Source: Histomonas meleagridis 2922-C6/04-290x (Eukaryota > Protista > Parabasalia). From it: DNA of 64,000 nt. The notes under the pieces are model-generated. The model was not told the DNA's origin and ran no database searches. It was given only the letters and a program-made list of their open reading frames with translations. The position numbers and the translations under genes are program-made. The number at the start of each line of letters is the position of its first letter. Position 1 is the stretch's first letter. The DNA lies in assembly GCA_020184695.1 (NCBI GenBank), contig JAANOX010000085.1, positions 372,001-436,000 of the forward strand, written 5' to 3'. Below are positions 44,877 through 56,359 of this stretch, one piece after another.

Positions 44877-46792
44877 TCACCTATCTACATGTTTTTCCTG
44901 GATTAATTTAACTATTTCTGTATAGCCTTTTGAAGTCGCTATCATAAGTGCTGTATTAAATAATACAACTAATTTCCTTATATTGTTTTAAAATATCAAA
45001 TTATAAAAAATGATATCATATAAAGCAAATAAATAGCTTTAGCATTAATATCAATTCCTTCTTGTTCAAGAAGTAATTTAACTACTTCTGTATGACCATT
45101 ATAAGATGCACAAAGAAGTGCTGTCCAAAATAAAATAAATAATTTCCAAATATTATTTTGACATATAAAATTATTAAAATAAATATTAAATAAAACAAAT
45201 AAATAGCTTTAGCATTAATATCAATTCCTTCTTGTTCAAGAAGTAATTTTACTATTTCTGTATAACCATTTTCAGATGCATACATAAGTGCTGTCCAAAA
45301 TAAAATAAATAATTTCCAAATATTATTTTGACATATAAAATTATTAAAACATATACAAAATAAAACAAATAAATATCTTTAGCATTAACATCAATTCCTT
45401 CTTGTTCAAGAAGTAATTTTACTATTTCTAATTTTCCATTTTTAGATGTCGAAATAAGAGCAGTTTTAAATATTTTTAACAATTTTCAAATATTATTTAA
45501 AAACATTATATTATTAAAATAAACTTTAAATATGTTCTAAAAATATTTTTAACATTAATATCCAAATTATTTTGCTTTAAAATATATTTAACAAGTTCAG
45601 TATTTCCTGATGCTGATGAATAAACAAAAATATCTAATGGAATTTGATTGCTTAAAATAAAATACTTAACAAGATATAAGTTACCAATTTTCGCTGATTT
45701 ATGAATAATATCATCATTAATTTTCATTCCTTCACCAAGTAAAAACGAAAAAATTTCATAATTATAATATAAAACACAATTTTTGCCCAATTTTTCAATA
45801 TTATCAATACCAATTATCTTGTTTTCATAAAGATATTTAAAGATATCATTTCGATGAAATTGTATTGCTGTCTCATATGCACCTTCAAATGATGAATAAT
45901 TTTGTTCACATAAATGAATGATTTCTTCGTTTCCGCCTGCAATTGCATATTTACCTGTGTTATATACATTTGCATTATTCATAAGTAAATATTTAAAACA
46001 TTTTATAGAAGAAAAAAATGCTGCATAATCAATTAATGTAACATCCTTTTCATTAATAAATGAACATCTTTCATAAGGAGACGGTTTGATTTTTTGGTTA
46101 AAATCAAAATTTGTTTGTGATGATATTTCTTGAAGTTTTTCTATTTCATCGTTTTGAATTATTTGTGCAATTTCATTCGTATTAACTCCATCTTCAATAT
46201 ATTTCTTATGAAGCTCCCAATCATTCTTTGAAAGTTCTTCATAATTTGCAAATAAAAAATTTCTAAAACCGTAATATTTCGATCTTTTTAATTCATCTTC
46301 TGACATATAATGAGCAAAAAATAGTCTTCTTTGGTTTTTAATATTTTTTGGTTCAAGTAAATTATGATCAATCATATAGTGTAATAAATAATTTGATTCT
46401 TGCGAATTTTTGGTAAGAATAAATCGTATAAATTCATCAAGAAAACCTGAAACATTTTGATTTTTATCTTCAAATCTTTTAACTTCTTGTAAAAAACTCA
46501 AATAAATATCAGTATTATCCTTTCTTATTTCAAGCATTATGTATATCATTTGTGTAATGATAATTTTATAAGATAATGGGTGATCATTATCAAATTTGTT
46601 AATTATTGAATTTGCTGATTGAACTATATTTTTTGTATTTAAGTTGAAAATAATTTGTTTTATGGTTAATAAAAAATCATAAAAATCCTGTGATTTTAGG
46701 CTTATCTCTTGTTCACCAGGTTTTTCCATCAAAATGGACGTTAGAAACCGTTTAAGATCATAACTATGGATAATCATACCAAAAACACACAA
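44877..46792 (-). CDS. DUF3447-type ankyrin-repeat gene; N-terminal ORF plus 4 modules split by 71-nt spacers
   Basis: ORF 45506-46792 paralogous to 29607-30917. Modules 45470-45372, 45300-45202, 45130-45032, 44960-44877 (e.g. FWTALMYASENGYTEIVKLLLEQEGIDINAKAI). Spacers 45541-45471, 45371-45301, 45201-45131, 45031-44961. Confidence 0.85.
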
Positions 46793-47608
46793 TGGAATAC
46801 ATTATTCAATTAATCATTTTAATTGGACAAAAATTTCTGCTTTTTTGAAATTTATCAGATTTTTATTGGCATTTTTTTGCATTTTGATTTAATCTCAGTA
46901 TTGCAAAAATTAAAGTCAATTAAGATCATCTCTTTAAGTTTTGATGTTATGATCTTTTTCTTGAGCAAATATATCAATTATATGAATGAAAAAATTTTAT
47001 TTATTTCAAAATCCAAAAACCGTTAAATCATTTGACTTTAATACGACCGTTTACGAAGCATTACAAAATATTTTTTATTGAATTTTCAATTGAAAACTAT
47101 TAGTTTGAACTAAACTGATGGGGACTACTTTTGATCGTTTTTAACAGAAATACCATTCAAAAAGTTGGATTTGGTGTCACCATTTTTGAATATCAGTTTA
47201 TATGATAACATTATGTGGAAGAAGTTGTCAAATAATTTAAGTCTATTTCAATTTTTATTCATTCTAATTAAAAGTACAACTGATTTAGTTTATTCGGCAC
47301 TATTTTCTATGAGACACCATTTTATCCTTATGCAATCTTGTGGAACAGCCACTTTTCACTTTTGAATTTCCCAAACAATTATTTGGAACCAATTTAAAAG
47401 ACATTTTCCTCCAACTTCTGTTTGCGTTTTTGTCTCTGGCCAAATATCGGATTTTTGCCAACAGTTGAAGCCAGACACGAAAAAACGACAACGGCAATGT
47501 CCAAAGTTTCACACCAAAATAAAAAACAAATTGTGTCAAAAACTCAAAAAAAAAGCCATTTAAACTTTTCAAATAAATTGACAGTAACTTTGGCCGACCA
47601 GATAAGTA

Positions 47609-50600
47609 ATGTTTTTTGGATTCGTAGGCCTCGCATTCTCTGCGATATTTGGCATTGATTTCGGAAGCGAATCCATCAAAGCAAGTATGGCGTTATCAGG
47701 GAAGAGTATTCACGTTGCTCTTAACGCACAATCCAAACGTTTATCTCCATCATATTTCTCATTTTTCAACACATCTTCACCAAAGAACACTGTTCCCGGT
47801 GAAGACGGACATTGGCACAAAGACGAGCTACGAAATTACACATGGCTTTTCTTCGATGCCGCTCGATCAAATTATTTCAGATTCCCAAATAACACTATCA
47901 AAGGAATGTCGCCAATGCTCGAAAGGGTTCATGGGTTCGACCGTCGTGAATCGTTAGCAATTACTCTTCGTCATCTTATATCTTCAATAGACGACGGAAG
48001 ATGGAAACCAGAAGCGGCCAAAATCGTTTTCGCTGTCGAACCACTGATGACACACGAAGAACGATTTGCAGTTTTCGAAGCGATCCAAATAATGAACGCA
48101 TCACTTACACACATCATCGATTACCCAACAGCTGCAGCAGAGCTTTACGCACTCGAAAAACATTCGTCGTATTTACGCAAAGATAAAACAGTTGTTTTCA
48201 TTGATATCGGCGCAACGAATTCATGGGCATCAGTTTTTCTCTTCCAAAACACTCATCGCCAGCCAACGATTACAGAGTTATCACTTGTTACGAAAGCGAA
48301 TCTTGGCGGCAATTTGATTGACAAATATATTTGTGATTTGGCATTAAAGAAATATGCCGAAACATATTCAATTCCTGTTCCAACTGATCCTAAAATCGTC
48401 TTACGCTTTATGGAGGAGTCACGTAAAGTCAAAGAGTTACTTACTCTGAATAAGGAAGCAGATATCCATTTGGAAGATGTTGAACCAGACCGAAGTTTCA
48501 ACTTTAAATTAACGTTAGAAGAGTTCCAAAGTTTGTTGAAAGATTTTGGTGAAACATTATCAGAGATATATCAAGAAGTTATAGCTAAAGCAGGACTCGA
48601 ATCCAAAGACATCGATTCCATTGAACTTATTGGAGGCTCAACACGTATTCCATATTTACAAGACGTATTGATTAAGGAGAGTGGACTTAGTAAGTTAAAT
48701 CGTACGATGAATAGTGATGAAGCAGTTGCATTAGGTGCAGGTTATGTTGGAGCATCAGAAAGTACATTATTTATTATTAAGAAGATAACAATGAAAGCGT
48801 TTTGTAATATGAATGTGTTTTTGTTACATGGTAATAATGAAGAAATCCAAATCTTTAATGAGACTTCTTATTTAACAGATACTTATAAATATACTTTCGA
48901 TGCGAAAGATAATGATAACATTACTATAATGGCAGGTAATCCACCAACTAAAGTTATTACTATGTTTATGAACTTATCAAATAATACAAAACCTTCTTCA
49001 AAGATTGTATTAAATATTGGATTTAATGAATTTACTATTCCGAATATTACTTCAATTAAATTAAATGGATTTAATTATAATATGTCAAAGGCAATCTTTT
49101 ATCATAATGATTGGGAATATGATTATGATCATTTAAATCAAAGTTTCGAATTTGTTCATGAATTTGATAATATCGATAAAGAACGTAAAGAATTCCAAGA
49201 AGCATTTGATAGTTATGAAAGTTATATTTTCACAATTAAAGATAAAGTTCGATATGTACCAGAATTCCAACGTGTATTAAATGAAACTGAAGGTGAATAT
49301 TTAATTAGTGTTGCTGAAGAACATCGTAAATGGCTTGATGAAAATGCCGGTAAATTAACTTTAGATATGATCAAAGAACATCATGATAAACTTAAGGATG
49401 TATTAAAAGAACCAGAAAGACGTGAAGATCATTTCAATAAAATTAATGATACAATTCGAGATTTCGAAAAATCACTTGAAAGAATGTATAAAGAAATCAC
49501 TGAAACTTGGCCTAAGAAGAAGAAATGGATGCCAAAAGAAAAAATAGAACAATCTTGGGAATCTTATAATAATAGTCTTGATTATCTTAATGAAGAAAAA
49601 GCTTTCGCTATTGGTAAAAGAATGTATGAAGCTCCTCATGCTTGGTGGAATCAAATTAATGTTCAACGTCAAATTATGGAATTTAACTTCAACAAGACAT
49701 GTGAAATGAAAAAGCCCACCCCGACACCAAAGCCGACTCCGATAGATCCAAATAGTACTAATGTAACTGATAGTAATGAAGTTAAAGCAGATAAGAAAGA
49801 AGAAGAAGAACATGAAGAATCACCAGAAGAAAAGCAGAAGAAAGAAGAGAAGAAACGTATGAAAGAAATTGAGTTAAAGAATCATCGTGAAGAATTCCTT
49901 GATCATTTAGAAGAATTTAGAATTTTCTTTGATAAATGTAATGAAAATATCGATGATTATCCTGAAGATGTTAAGAAAGAATATAAGAGATTATGCGAAG
50001 ATTATCGAGATATGCATTTCAAGTATATGGATCAACATGAGAAATATGTAAGAGATGCTAAAGATGATCATCGACCTCCACCACCTCCAAGAAGGCCTCG
50101 AAGACCAAGAAGACATCCAAGATCACCTGAAGAAATTAGAAGAAGAGAAGAAGAAAGAATTAGAAGAGAAGAAGAGGAAAGAGAAAGAATGGAAGAAGAA
50201 AGAAGAAGAAATGAAGAGGAAAGATTAAGAATTGAAGAGGAAAGAAGAAGATTCGATGAAGAAAAAAGAAGAATTGAAGATGAACATGGTATTCCTCATG
50301 ATGATGAAAATGATGATTTCATTCCTCCTCCACCTCCTGCTGATGCTGATCGTCATTTGCCGCCGCCTCCTCCACCTCCTGTTCGTCCTCCTCATCATCC
50401 TCCTCCGCCTCCACATCATCATTTCGATGATGATGATGACTTCTATTATGAGGAAGAAGAAGACGATTTCCTCCAAGTCGTTGAGCATCCTCCTACAAAA
50501 CCACCTCCACCTCCAACTTTACCTTCTAAGACTGATAAAATTGTAAAAGAAGAATCAGAAGAAACTAAAGTTGAAGAAACTTCTACAGAAAAAGAAGAAA

Positions 50601-50701
50601 AGAAAGAGGAGACTTCTGAAGAAGAGAAGAAACCTGAGAAAGAAGAAGAATCATCTGTTGTAAAAGAAGAAGAAAGGACTGGAAGTGGTGATGAACTCTA
50701 A
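47609..50701 (+). CDS. ER Hsp70-family chaperone (Grp170/HYOU1-like) with long Pro/Arg/Glu-rich tail
   Basis: Signal peptide, IFGIDFGSE, FIDIGAT, IELIGGSTRIP, MNSDEAVALGA; ends GDEL (xDEL). Confidence 0.85.
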   Translation: MFFGFVGLAFSAIFGIDFGSESIKASMALSGKSIHVALNAQSKRLSPSYFSFFNTSSPKNTVPGEDGHWHKDELRNYTWLFFDAARSNYFRFPNNTIKGMSPMLERVHGFDRRESLAITLRHLISSIDDGRWKPEAAKIVFAVEPLMTHEERFAVFEAIQIMNASLTHIIDYPTAAAELYALEKHSSYLRKDKTVVFIDIGATNSWASVFLFQNTHRQPTITELSLVTKANLGGNLIDKYICDLALKKYAETYSIPVPTDPKIVLRFMEESRKVKELLTLNKEADIHLEDVEPDRSFNFKLTLEEFQSLLKDFGETLSEIYQEVIAKAGLESKDIDSIELIGGSTRIPYLQDVLIKESGLSKLNRTMNSDEAVALGAGYVGASESTLFIIKKITMKAFCNMNVFLLHGNNEEIQIFNETSYLTDTYKYTFDAKDNDNITIMAGNPPTKVITMFMNLSNNTKPSSKIVLNIGFNEFTIPNITSIKLNGFNYNMSKAIFYHNDWEYDYDHLNQSFEFVHEFDNIDKERKEFQEAFDSYESYIFTIKDKVRYVPEFQRVLNETEGEYLISVAEEHRKWLDENAGKLTLDMIKEHHDKLKDVLKEPERREDHFNKINDTIRDFEKSLERMYKEITETWPKKKKWMPKEKIEQSWESYNNSLDYLNEEKAFAIGKRMYEAPHAWWNQINVQRQIMEFNFNKTCEMKKPTPTPKPTPIDPNSTNVTDSNEVKADKKEEEEHEESPEEKQKKEEKKRMKEIELKNHREEFLDHLEEFRIFFDKCNENIDDYPEDVKKEYKRLCEDYRDMHFKYMDQHEKYVRDAKDDHRPPPPPRRPRRPRRHPRSPEEIRRREEERIRREEEERERMEEERRRNEEERLRIEEERRRFDEEKRRIEDEHGIPHDDENDDFIPPPPPADADRHLPPPPPPPVRPPHHPPPPPHHHFDDDDDFYYEEEEDDFLQVVEHPPTKPPPPPTLPSKTDKIVKEESEETKVEETSTEKEEKKEETSEEEKKPEKEEESSVVKEEERTGSGDEL

Positions 50702-50803
50702 ACAATAACATAAAAAAATTTTTTTTTAAATTTGATGCGACAAAACCGTTATTTGATGTGTTTGCGGCCGTTTATTCCTAAATTGGCGGTTTGAAGTAGG
50801 AAT

Positions 50804-52669
50804 ATGGCCGACACCGAACACGACTTTGCGGCAATTGAGGATCTACTGAGGAAAACAGAAACAATTCAAGAAAACGAAAGGAATTTTTTTGAGGGAATTG
50901 CGTCTTTAATTGCTTATCAATATAATCTTTGTTCAAAATTTGTTGCGCCAGCTACTGACTTAATAAAACAGATACATAAACTTGAGGAAAGAAATAAAGT
51001 TCCTCAAATTAAATTTCCAAATGATTCTACTTCAATTTCTAAAACATCAAGATTTATTGAACTAGAACAAGCATTGACAAAAGAAATTTGGCAGGTCATT
51101 TCGCCTAATGAAGATGCAATAGAATCTTTTCAATTGTCTCATGATGCTTTTTATAATATTCTTCATCGTCGAAATGAAGCATTTTCTCATCATATTGAAT
51201 CATTTCCTATAATAAGTGATGCAGAATATCTTGATGAAACAATTAAAGAAGAAAAACAAGAACAATTAGATGATATAAAAAATTTTTTGAAAAAAATAGA
51301 ATCTAAACTTACATGTCAAATAAGCAGTAATGAAAATATCAAAGGGTTTAAACCAACCTATGAAATTATCCAAGAAATTGATGCAAATCTTAATGGTAAT
51401 TTTTCGGAAAACAACATCAACAAATATTATGAAGAATTAAAACGAACAGAAAAAGAACTTTCGCAATCCTTAATCGATGCCACTAATATATATAATGAAT
51501 ATATGGAGAATTCAAATTTTCCATCATCAGATATTCTTCATAATTTACCACAATATCAAGAATTAATGGCTTCTTTGTCATATAGTTCTGTTATTGCGCG
51601 TAATAATCTTTTAGTTCATTCTCGTAAAATCCGTGATTTAATTGAACGGTTCAAAGAAACACAAGAAAAATTTAATGAATGTTTTGTTTTACCTAAAATT
51701 GATTTCCATGAAAAAGAAATGGTCCTTCAAAATGATATAAGGTCTTATGTTTCACATCGTAAAATTTTATTTTTACAAAATCTCTTAAAGAAACCTGGAT
51801 TTGGCAAACCGTCTGACAAACCGCCGGAGTGGAATTCGTTAGAGTTTTCAAAAAGTGAAGCCGAGTTTTTGAGGACTTTACACAATCTCCTAACCGACGA
51901 ACGATACGAAGAATGTTTACAACTTTTAGAGATGAGTTTTGAACGTTATACTAATTCTAAGGAAGATATTCAAAATGAAATTAAACAAATTGAGTTATGT
52001 CATGAGAATGCAGAAAAGTCACGAGAAGAAATGTTTAAACATACAGTTCCACATATTAATGATAAGATGGAAACACAAGTAATGGAGAAGCGACAAGAGA
52101 ATGAAACATTATATAATGAGATACGAATGGAATTAGACGCAATGAACAATGATCTTTTAACCACTATCAATAACACGAATGAAATACTGAATTCGATAAC
52201 ATTCGAAAGTATATTTCCGCATCAATTCGAACAATTAATGAACGGATTAATAGACAAAGAGCCGAAGAAAGATTTACTGCGAAAGAAAATCGAAAATGTT
52301 AAAGAAGAAATTGATGAGAAACAAAATAATAACAACAAAATACGAAAAGAAATCGAAAACATGAAATATAAATTAAATGAAAAACAAAAACAATTCGAAG
52401 AATCAAAACTCCGCGCAGAGAAAAACCCAAAGAAATATAACGAAAGTAACGTCGAAAACGATTCGGAAGACGAAGAGTTCAACGACCTGAAGGAGAAGTA
52501 CTACTGCGTGTGCCACGAGAACCCGCGCGACACAGTGATACTGAAGTGCGGTCACACGTTCTGCAGCAAGTGCATGAAAGAAAGGATAAAGGCAAGAAAC
52601 AGAAAGTGCGGACACTGCGGACAGTCATTCGACCCGAACTCTGAAGTCAGCCCAATTAGATGGAACTGA
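50804..52669 (+). CDS. Coiled-coil protein with C-terminal RING finger (BRE1-like E3 ligase)
   Basis: Long heptads; C.CHENPRDTVILKCGHTFCSKC...RNRKCGHC resembles the Bre1 RING. Confidence 0.7.
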   Translation: MADTEHDFAAIEDLLRKTETIQENERNFFEGIASLIAYQYNLCSKFVAPATDLIKQIHKLEERNKVPQIKFPNDSTSISKTSRFIELEQALTKEIWQVISPNEDAIESFQLSHDAFYNILHRRNEAFSHHIESFPIISDAEYLDETIKEEKQEQLDDIKNFLKKIESKLTCQISSNENIKGFKPTYEIIQEIDANLNGNFSENNINKYYEELKRTEKELSQSLIDATNIYNEYMENSNFPSSDILHNLPQYQELMASLSYSSVIARNNLLVHSRKIRDLIERFKETQEKFNECFVLPKIDFHEKEMVLQNDIRSYVSHRKILFLQNLLKKPGFGKPSDKPPEWNSLEFSKSEAEFLRTLHNLLTDERYEECLQLLEMSFERYTNSKEDIQNEIKQIELCHENAEKSREEMFKHTVPHINDKMETQVMEKRQENETLYNEIRMELDAMNNDLLTTINNTNEILNSITFESIFPHQFEQLMNGLIDKEPKKDLLRKKIENVKEEIDEKQNNNNKIRKEIENMKYKLNEKQKQFEESKLRAEKNPKKYNESNVENDSEDEEFNDLKEKYYCVCHENPRDTVILKCGHTFCSKCMKERIKARNRKCGHCGQSFDPNSEVSPIRWN

Positions 52670-53090
52670 GTAAATGATGTTAAAGATGATTTGATTTGTG
52701 TTTTGGATGTTGCGTAATTATTATGTGTGTTATGAAATGGGAAATATAGCAAATGTCAATTAACTTTATGATGGAATTATCATTGTTGTTAATGGATGGA
52801 ACTGAGTAAATGATGTTAAAAATGATTTGATTTGTGTTTTGGATGTTGCGTAATTATTATGTGGTGTTATGAAATGGGAAATATCGCAAATGTCAATTAA
52901 CTTTATGATGGAATTATCATTGTTTTTAATATATGGAACTGAGTAAATGATGTTAAAGATAATTTGATTTGTCTTAAAAATATTTTTAACATTGCGTTAA
53001 TTATATGATATTCTTCTTAAAAGAAAAATTATCGCAACTGTAAATTAGCTTGATAAATGGAATTATCATTGTTCTTAATAGATGGATCAT
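52660..53090 (+). repeat. Tandem repeat, 136-137-nt unit, about 3 copies, including the RING gene stop codon
   Basis: ATGGAACTGAGTAAATGATGTTAAA at 52660, 52796 and 52933. Confidence 0.9.
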
Positions 53091-53420
53091 GGATTACCGC
53101 CATGCATTAGCTTTGAATTGGTTTTGTTGTATTCCAGATAGTAAATTATAGCTATAAGTGAAAAAACAATCTACAGGAATCGATTTCAAATATTTGTTGA
53201 AACTTTATATGATATTTAAAATATTTTTTTTTATTACAAATTGAAAATTCTAAAATATTAATACATTTATTTGTTATATTATTTTTTACTTTCTTATTTT
53301 CTTATATTTATTCCATGAAAAAATTCTTAAATATTTTGAAGTGTTTGACCCTTACAATAAAAAAATATAAATGGTGAAAATGTTTAATTCGAATCATAAA
53401 AGTTTTATCTAAAACTAAAA

Positions 53421-54029
53421 TTACTTCTTGCTATCATTTGATAAATATGCATTCAAATCAAACATTCCAATGTTAGATAAAAATGAATACTTAGAAATAT
53501 TAGTTGCAAAAGTATCGAAATCAATAGTTCCTTTTTTATCAGGATCAAAGTTTTGAACTGTTGTTTCAACTAAAACTTTTATTTGATCATTAGGAAGATA
53601 TGCCATTTTTCTATGTGCAATAAGTAACATAATTTCTCTAAGATCAGTTGTTTTTATAATGCCATCTTTGTCAAGATCGAATAGATTGAATCCAAATTTC
53701 AATCTTTCCATTGGAGATGCCCTTTCGCAAATAGAAGAAAATCCCTGAATAAATTCTATAAAATCAATAGCACCATCACCATTCAGATCAAATGCTGCAA
53801 ATACATATTCAGCTAATTCCAAACTTGAAATACCAAAAATATCTTTAAAACATTGTACTTTAATTCCAGGATTATGTTTATATTCTTTAACAAAACCTTT
53901 AAATTTAGTATAAAATATTTTGATTTCATCAGCTGTAAAGTGTGTTGATTCAACCAAATCTTCAAGCATTTTGTTTGTAAGTTTCTCTTTTTTAAATATT
54001 AAAGAAATTTTACTTCCACTACTTCCCAT
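53421..54029 (-). CDS. Calcineurin B/NCS-like EF-hand protein (paralog of 25705-26313)
   Basis: MGSSGSK; STHFTADEIK, FGISSLELAEY, DLNGDGAIDF, DLDKDGII; collinear with the paralog. Confidence 0.88.
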   Translation of the reverse strand: MGSSGSKISLIFKKEKLTNKMLEDLVESTHFTADEIKIFYTKFKGFVKEYKHNPGIKVQCFKDIFGISSLELAEYVFAAFDLNGDGAIDFIEFIQGFSSICERASPMERLKFGFNLFDLDKDGIIKTTDLREIMLLIAHRKMAYLPNDQIKVLVETTVQNFDPDKKGTIDFDTFATNISKYSFLSNIGMFDLNAYLSNDSKK

Positions 54030-54921
54030 ATAAAGCAAATGATTTTAATAAAAAGATAAAAACATGGGAATTCAAATTGACATAAATATTCTATTCAAAT
54101 GAAAAAGCAAATTTTATGGATTTTAATTTTCAAAAAAGATGTTGATGAAATGAGACAGATTTTGTTTAAACGGTACCCAGAAAACAAGAAATGACAAACG
54201 GTAAAAACGGTTTTATTTATCCAAATAATTGACTGCGGCAAAAAATTTGAAAGCATTATTAAGAAGTAAATGGATGCTTCCATTTTCCTTCGGCAAATAC
54301 ATTAAATATCATTTGGAAGGAACAACAAAATACCATATACAAAATCATATAACATATGTTTTTGTTAATAAATCTGATCTCAATTTTTTTTAACTGATTA
54401 TTCTTCAACATAGGCTGTAAATTTATTAATTATCTGGATTATATATATATATATATATAAGTTTTTAATTTCTCGTTACTTAATTTTATGTTATCTGTTG
54501 CAACAAAATGTGATGGAACAAGAATTAAGATTAAAATGTCAGGTAAAATATGAATAATAGAACCTAAATAAATGTTGATCATCATTTTGCAGAATATAAA
54601 TCAATATAAGTAGGAGTAATATTTGGAAAAATACTCGCCATCTCCTTATTTAATTTCTAATAGTGACAAAATACTAACGAATATCGACATTTTTTTTTCG
54701 TTTATGATAATCCCTGGTATCGATGCATCAAAAGCCATTCCAATTATAAAATTTTGATTTAAGTCTCAATTATGTCCAATTTTTTAAAAATGAATTAAAG
54801 AATTCTAGAAAATAAAAATAATATTATACATTTTCTGTAAATTATTTTTGGTTACAAGAAATTTTTGTTTGATATGGAGATTTATATCTGGTCGAATGAA
54901 AAACCGTTTCTTCAATTTTGA

Positions 54922-55869
54922 ATGCATTCAAATATCAGAAAAAGAATTTTTCGAATGATTCTTTTATATACTCTTCTAGTAAGTGGAAAAGGCTGTAATA
55001 TCAGCGATGTAAAATACGCTATGTTACGTTTACCTTCTTTTTTTCGCTTAAAATTACAATTGAGGCTATCAAATATATATCAAGATTGTAGTTTATCTCA
55101 ATTAACTCGCTTCTTGCCAATAGCTATATTTCTCTTCTGTTTACTTTGCGTTTTTTGGCTTATAAAGTTAGTACGAAATCGTCAATATCGAACCAAAATG
55201 CATTATCTTATTACGATTTATTATGGATTATGTATTATTTCATGTTGCCTTGATTATCGTATTCAATATAAAACGAATGAAGGTGAATCAATTTCTAATT
55301 TTATAACAAATTCATCATCTTTTATTCGGGTTCTAGTTTCAACCTATGGTCCAATAATACTTTTTTTAGTTTCTCTTGGTTATGATCTCATTACAAATGA
55401 AATTCCCTTATTTGAATTTATTATTTTCATTCTTTTAATTTTACGATTTAATTTAACCAGAGATTTCATTTCTAATATTTTTGTCGGGCCCATCCAAAAG
55501 CTAATTGACATACCAAATATTTTATTGCTGTATTTTCTTATTCTCCGATCAACAAAATCCGGTGGAAGAAAATTTTCGGAGTTATTTACAAACGATGAAA
55601 TGGAATACAATTACATATATCCGACCATTGTTTCGTCGAAATACATTACGTTTATAACATTTTTATCAACGTTTCTTTTGATCATATTATATACATTTGT
55701 GAAAACATTTTTGTTCGCAAGATGTGCGCTGCACTCGATGCACTTGTTGTTCTGCTTCTTTTTGTATAGAGTTTTCATTGTGAGCTATAAAAAATTAACA
55801 AAAACAGAAATATTGTTTAATTTGGATCCGGAAATCGCTGTGTCTTCAGTTGTGAACCAATACCAATGA
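54922..55869 (+). CDS. Multi-pass membrane protein, possibly GPR107/TMEM87 (Lung 7TM) family
   Basis: About 7 hydrophobic segments; MHYLITIY..., NEG, IILFLVSLGYDLI. Confidence 0.45.
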   Translation: MHSNIRKRIFRMILLYTLLVSGKGCNISDVKYAMLRLPSFFRLKLQLRLSNIYQDCSLSQLTRFLPIAIFLFCLLCVFWLIKLVRNRQYRTKMHYLITIYYGLCIISCCLDYRIQYKTNEGESISNFITNSSSFIRVLVSTYGPIILFLVSLGYDLITNEIPLFEFIIFILLILRFNLTRDFISNIFVGPIQKLIDIPNILLLYFLILRSTKSGGRKFSELFTNDEMEYNYIYPTIVSSKYITFITFLSTFLLIILYTFVKTFLFARCALHSMHLLFCFFLYRVFIVSYKKLTKTEILFNLDPEIAVSSVVNQYQ

Positions 55870-56359
55870 GATATTTCTGTTTTTTTTATATCTCTTATTA
55901 AACCATTCTCTCTAGTTAAAATTTTGTGTTTTTAAAGCTGAAAATTGTTTTTAATAAAAATTCAAAAAATTATTTTAACTTCTCATATTAGTACATGTGT
56001 TATTGACTTATAAACAAGAATAACTTGTGCTGCTTCCATTTTAAGTTGGCTTGACAATTAGGCACATTCACATTTCCAATTTCAATAATTCCCATCAATG
56101 AAAAGCATAAAAGTTGTTAGATCACATTAAATAAATTCGAAAAATTAATACTTTCACTATCAAGATTCTCTATAAATTACATGCATATCAAGTTAACGAT
56201 CATTTATTATGTTATACATTGCATAGGTTTCAATGAATGAAATATTAATATCATCAAACATTTGCATTGAAACGAAACGACAAATTTAACAAAGCAAAAA
56301 AATTTTCTGTTTCTATTCACTTAACTTTTTACTGATGTTCCGTCAACACAGTATTTAAT

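Noticed and set aside
47100-47608. Short overlapping ORFs upstream of the Hsp70 gene
   Set aside because: Possibly a relic gene, but no identifiable homology or coherent frame.
54438-54460. (TA)n microsatellite
   Set aside because: Ordinary in AT-rich DNA.
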